Assembly: GCF_036971445.1 (NCBI RefSeq)
Contig: NC_091474.1
Span: 90,582,001 to 90,646,000, forward strand
From: Narcine bancroftii
Lineage: Eukaryota
Direction of reading: 5' to 3'
Length of the DNA: 64,000 nt
A model generated the notes under the pieces. The model was given only the letters and a program-made list of their open reading frames with translations, ran no database searches and was not told the DNA's origin. The translations under genes and the position numbers were made by a program. Numbering within the stretch: position 1 is the stretch's first letter; the number at the start of each line of letters is the position of its first letter. This document shows positions 60,949 through 64,000 of this stretch, piece by piece.

Positions 60949-63069
60949 ATACATATAATTACAGTAAAATCCCTGGTATCTGACACCTGCGGGATTGGTA
61001 GATGCCAGATAAGTGAATTTCTCAATTGCTTGAGACTCAGTGTTGCATGAATGGAGAACCAGTGACGGCGGGTGCCAATTTTAAATGTCTGTGTTTTTTA
61101 CCCATTTATTTTCCACAATTTTCTTTTTGCCGGTTGCTTGAGGCTGCCAGATGCTAAAATTCTGGATAACAGAATTTTGTTCTCACCAAGTAAGGGTGGA
61201 AAATTAAATTAAATCCAGTGCTTTTTATCAATGGATCAAGGCAATTTGACATTGCTTGAACTATTTAATGGAGCCTTTTCTGCAATTCTGTTCCACAAGT
61301 TTAACTACTGGCAATAAGCAGTGTGGCCCTGGAATGTCACCGAGATTATGCATACTGGGTCTGAAATGGATTCAGACCCCTGCTGTCACTGTGTTGTGTC
61401 ATAGGTATAGGGAGAGCTGCAGTGATAGTCAGTGAATATGAGACTGAGTCTGGTATTGTAATGCATCCACAAGCAACAAACCCTGGCATTTGCACAGCAT
61501 GGAGCTGCAACAAGAAAGGACTACTGATAAAATATGAGAGACCCATTCTCCCGTTGGAACAGGCAGAAAGATCGATACCCCTTGATAACCCGAGTATAAT
61601 ATTGTATTGAGTGAGGCTGGCACAAAGTGGTAGTAGAGGGACAGACAGTGCGAATAGATGGCCAGACAGCTTAACTTATCAACAGAATCTTGTTTATTTC
61701 TTAAAAGTTAAAAATAAATTAAAACAATAATGTCTCTTTTTTTTAAGAGGATGATCATTGAAATGAGTGACGAAAGCACAAGTCAATGCCAGTTCTAAAT
61801 AAAACAGTGATTTGTGAACTGAATAGCAGATGATTTTCTCCGAACTATTAAACCATCCAGTTTTTTTTCCCAGAAACGAACAAATTGCTATGTGTTTCCA
61901 AGCGGGTTTTGTTTGTGGAGTTATACATGTCTGATTGTTCAATGGAATATGGCAGAATTCAAGCACAGCGTGCTGAAACCTTGTAAGTGCACCTTGCAGA
62001 GTCAATGAAAGCCCTGTAAGAAAGTAGGTTGAGTTCAGCAGCGGGCGATGTAAAACTGGTCACTTTGAAACTGGGGTTCCTTGGAAACTGCCAAGCAACA
62101 CAAAAGCAGGATTCACAGAACTAGCATCAATTTCCCATGCCTGGATATTTTTTTCTGACAGTATCCTGCTTAGTTGGTGGATATTTTAGAAATATCCAAC
62201 ATTTCAATGCCATCCAACAATTTACCTCTTTCACTTTTAAATGTACATAAAACTTTGACAGCTGATGAAACAAGTAATTCATCAGAATCTGATTTCATAC
62301 TACATGTACTTGTTTTGGAATACAAGGATGAAGTGTTTAGGAGCTCAGCTTGGCTCCTGCTAAAGAGACTAGTGGAACTTCCCTGAATACAGGGGCGGCT
62401 ACGGGCAGTTAGTAGGCAGTCTCTGATGCATTTTAAAGGCATTTGCCACTGGGGTGCGGAATCTGTGAAGGGGATGGCTTCACTGCAAACCCTGATGAAG
62501 TGGCTCAGTTGTAGTAGCCGGTAAGGATTTAAGCAAGAAAACCTGAAGACGTTGCGATGGCAGCACAGAAGTGCTGGAGAAAACTCAGCAAGTCACAAAG
62601 CGTTCTTTATGCAGAAAAGATAAAGATACCTAATGGATGTTTTGGGCCTGAGCCCTTCATCAACATGCGAGCAAAATGCAGACAGGCACTTGAACAAAGT
62701 GGTGAGGGTCTGTGGAAGGTCGTGTGCTCAGGAAGGTGGTTCCGCAGGATCTGCATGGCTGAATGTGGTCTGCAATACTAGATTCCAGAGCTTCAAAGTA
62801 AATTACATCTCCAAAATGTGCTCTTTCAGACCAGTCCATTCCACACAGTAGGGAAAGAGGTTTATGGAATGTAACTCTGGTTACAGGGCTAGATTTCTAT
62901 TCTTCCATATTCTTAGTATGCTGTAACTCAAAATGCCTGACTTTAACCCACAGATATCAATGATAAACGATCCATAAGGAAAATGTAGCAGGGAGTTAAC
63001 AGATAATTTCTAGGCACTGAGGAATGTGTGATCCAGCCTTTTGTCAGTTTACTGGAAAAATAAAAATAA

Positions 63070-64000
63070 CTACATAAGAGTCAACCATCCGGTCTGTCGA
63101 GTCTGCTCCGCCGTTCAACGAGATCATGGTTGATCTGATGGTGGGCTCATCTCCACCTACCTGCCTTTTTCCCCCCATTCCTTAATTCCCCTACTATGCA
63201 AAAATCTATCCAACCTTGTCTTAAACATAGTTACTGAAGTTGCCTCCACTGCTTCATTTCCACAGATTCACCACCCTCTGGGCAAAGTAGTTCCTTCTCA
63301 TCTCTGTCCTAAACCCTGGATTGTGAGGCTATGTCCCCTAGTTCTAGTCTCCCCCACCACTAGAAACAACTTAAATACCTCTCCCTTTATCTACACCTTT
63401 CATAATTTTATCCATTTCTATTAGATCCCCTCTCATTCTTATAAATTCCCGTGAGTACAGTCCCTACAGTTGACTCAATCTCTCCTCATACACTAACCTA
63501 CTCATCAACTTGGTGAACCTCCTCTGCATCGCCTCCAAAGTTAGTACGGAGACCAGAAGTGCACACTGTACTCCAGATATGGCCTCGCCAGTACTACATG
63601 CAACTGCAGCATAACCTCCCTGCTCCTAAGTTCAATCCCTCTATCAATGAATCCCCACGTTTCATTTGCCTGCTGCATCTGCAAGCCAACCTTTTGCAAT
63701 TCATGCACAATAACTTCCAAATCCTTCTGCATGGTAGTGTGCTGCAATCTCTTGTCATTTAAATAATGATCTGATCTTCCATTTTTCCTTTCAAAGTAGA
63801 TAACCTCACATTTACCAACATTGTACCCCATCTGCCAGAACGTTGCCCACTCACTTAACCTATCTACATCTCTCTGCAAACTCTCCGAATCCTCTGCACA
63901 ATTTGCTTTTCCATTCAATTTAGTGTCATCAGGAAACTTAGATGCACTATACTCTGTCCCCTCTTCCAGACCATGAATAGTTGCGGACCCATTACATTAA
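63070..64000 (-). mobile_element. CR1-like LINE, RT end to 3-prime tail
   Basis: SKFPDDTKL..SLQRDVDRLSEWATFWQMGYNVGKCEVI..RPYLEYSVHFWSPY and family tail. Confidence 0.85.

Noticed and set aside
52782-64000. Further ANTXR exons (expected next: SGSV..W.EIY.FV)
   Set aside because: No matching exon found by eye; it probably lies beyond the window, though a short exon could have been missed

Overview
Vertebrate genomic DNA. The repeat content (CR1-, Rex1-, RTE- and L1-like LINE fragments, Penelope-like tails, tRNA-derived SINEs, hAT/piggyBac/Chapaev-like DNA transposon relics) suggests a cartilaginous fish, probably a ray or skate; this is inference. Four protein-coding genes lie in the conserved order GDF2-RBP3-ZNF488-ANTXR-like. 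(1) Last exon of a BMP9/BMP10-subfamily gene (+, 449-1377). (2) A complete four-exon, four-module RBP3/IRBP gene (+, 25194-33308, 1222 aa). (3) A complete PRDM8-paralogous ZNF488 that retains a PR/SET domain (-, 43113-38932, 532 aa). (4) First coding exon of an anthrax-toxin-receptor gene (+, 52630-52781). Notable unexplained structure: a ~3.3 kb array of 44/48-bp hairpin-containing units directly upstream of the ANTXR-like exon and a G-rich 20-mer array just downstream; a ~335-bp-arm inverted repeat and a second long hairpin in ZNF488 introns; a triplicated non-coding block around and inside RBP3; an L1 with a 5-prime inversion; Chapaev3-like relics; and hammerhead-ribozyme-like relics in Penelope-like tails. 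No prokaryotic system, CRISPR array, rRNA or true tRNA gene is supported. All coordinates and identities were read by eye.
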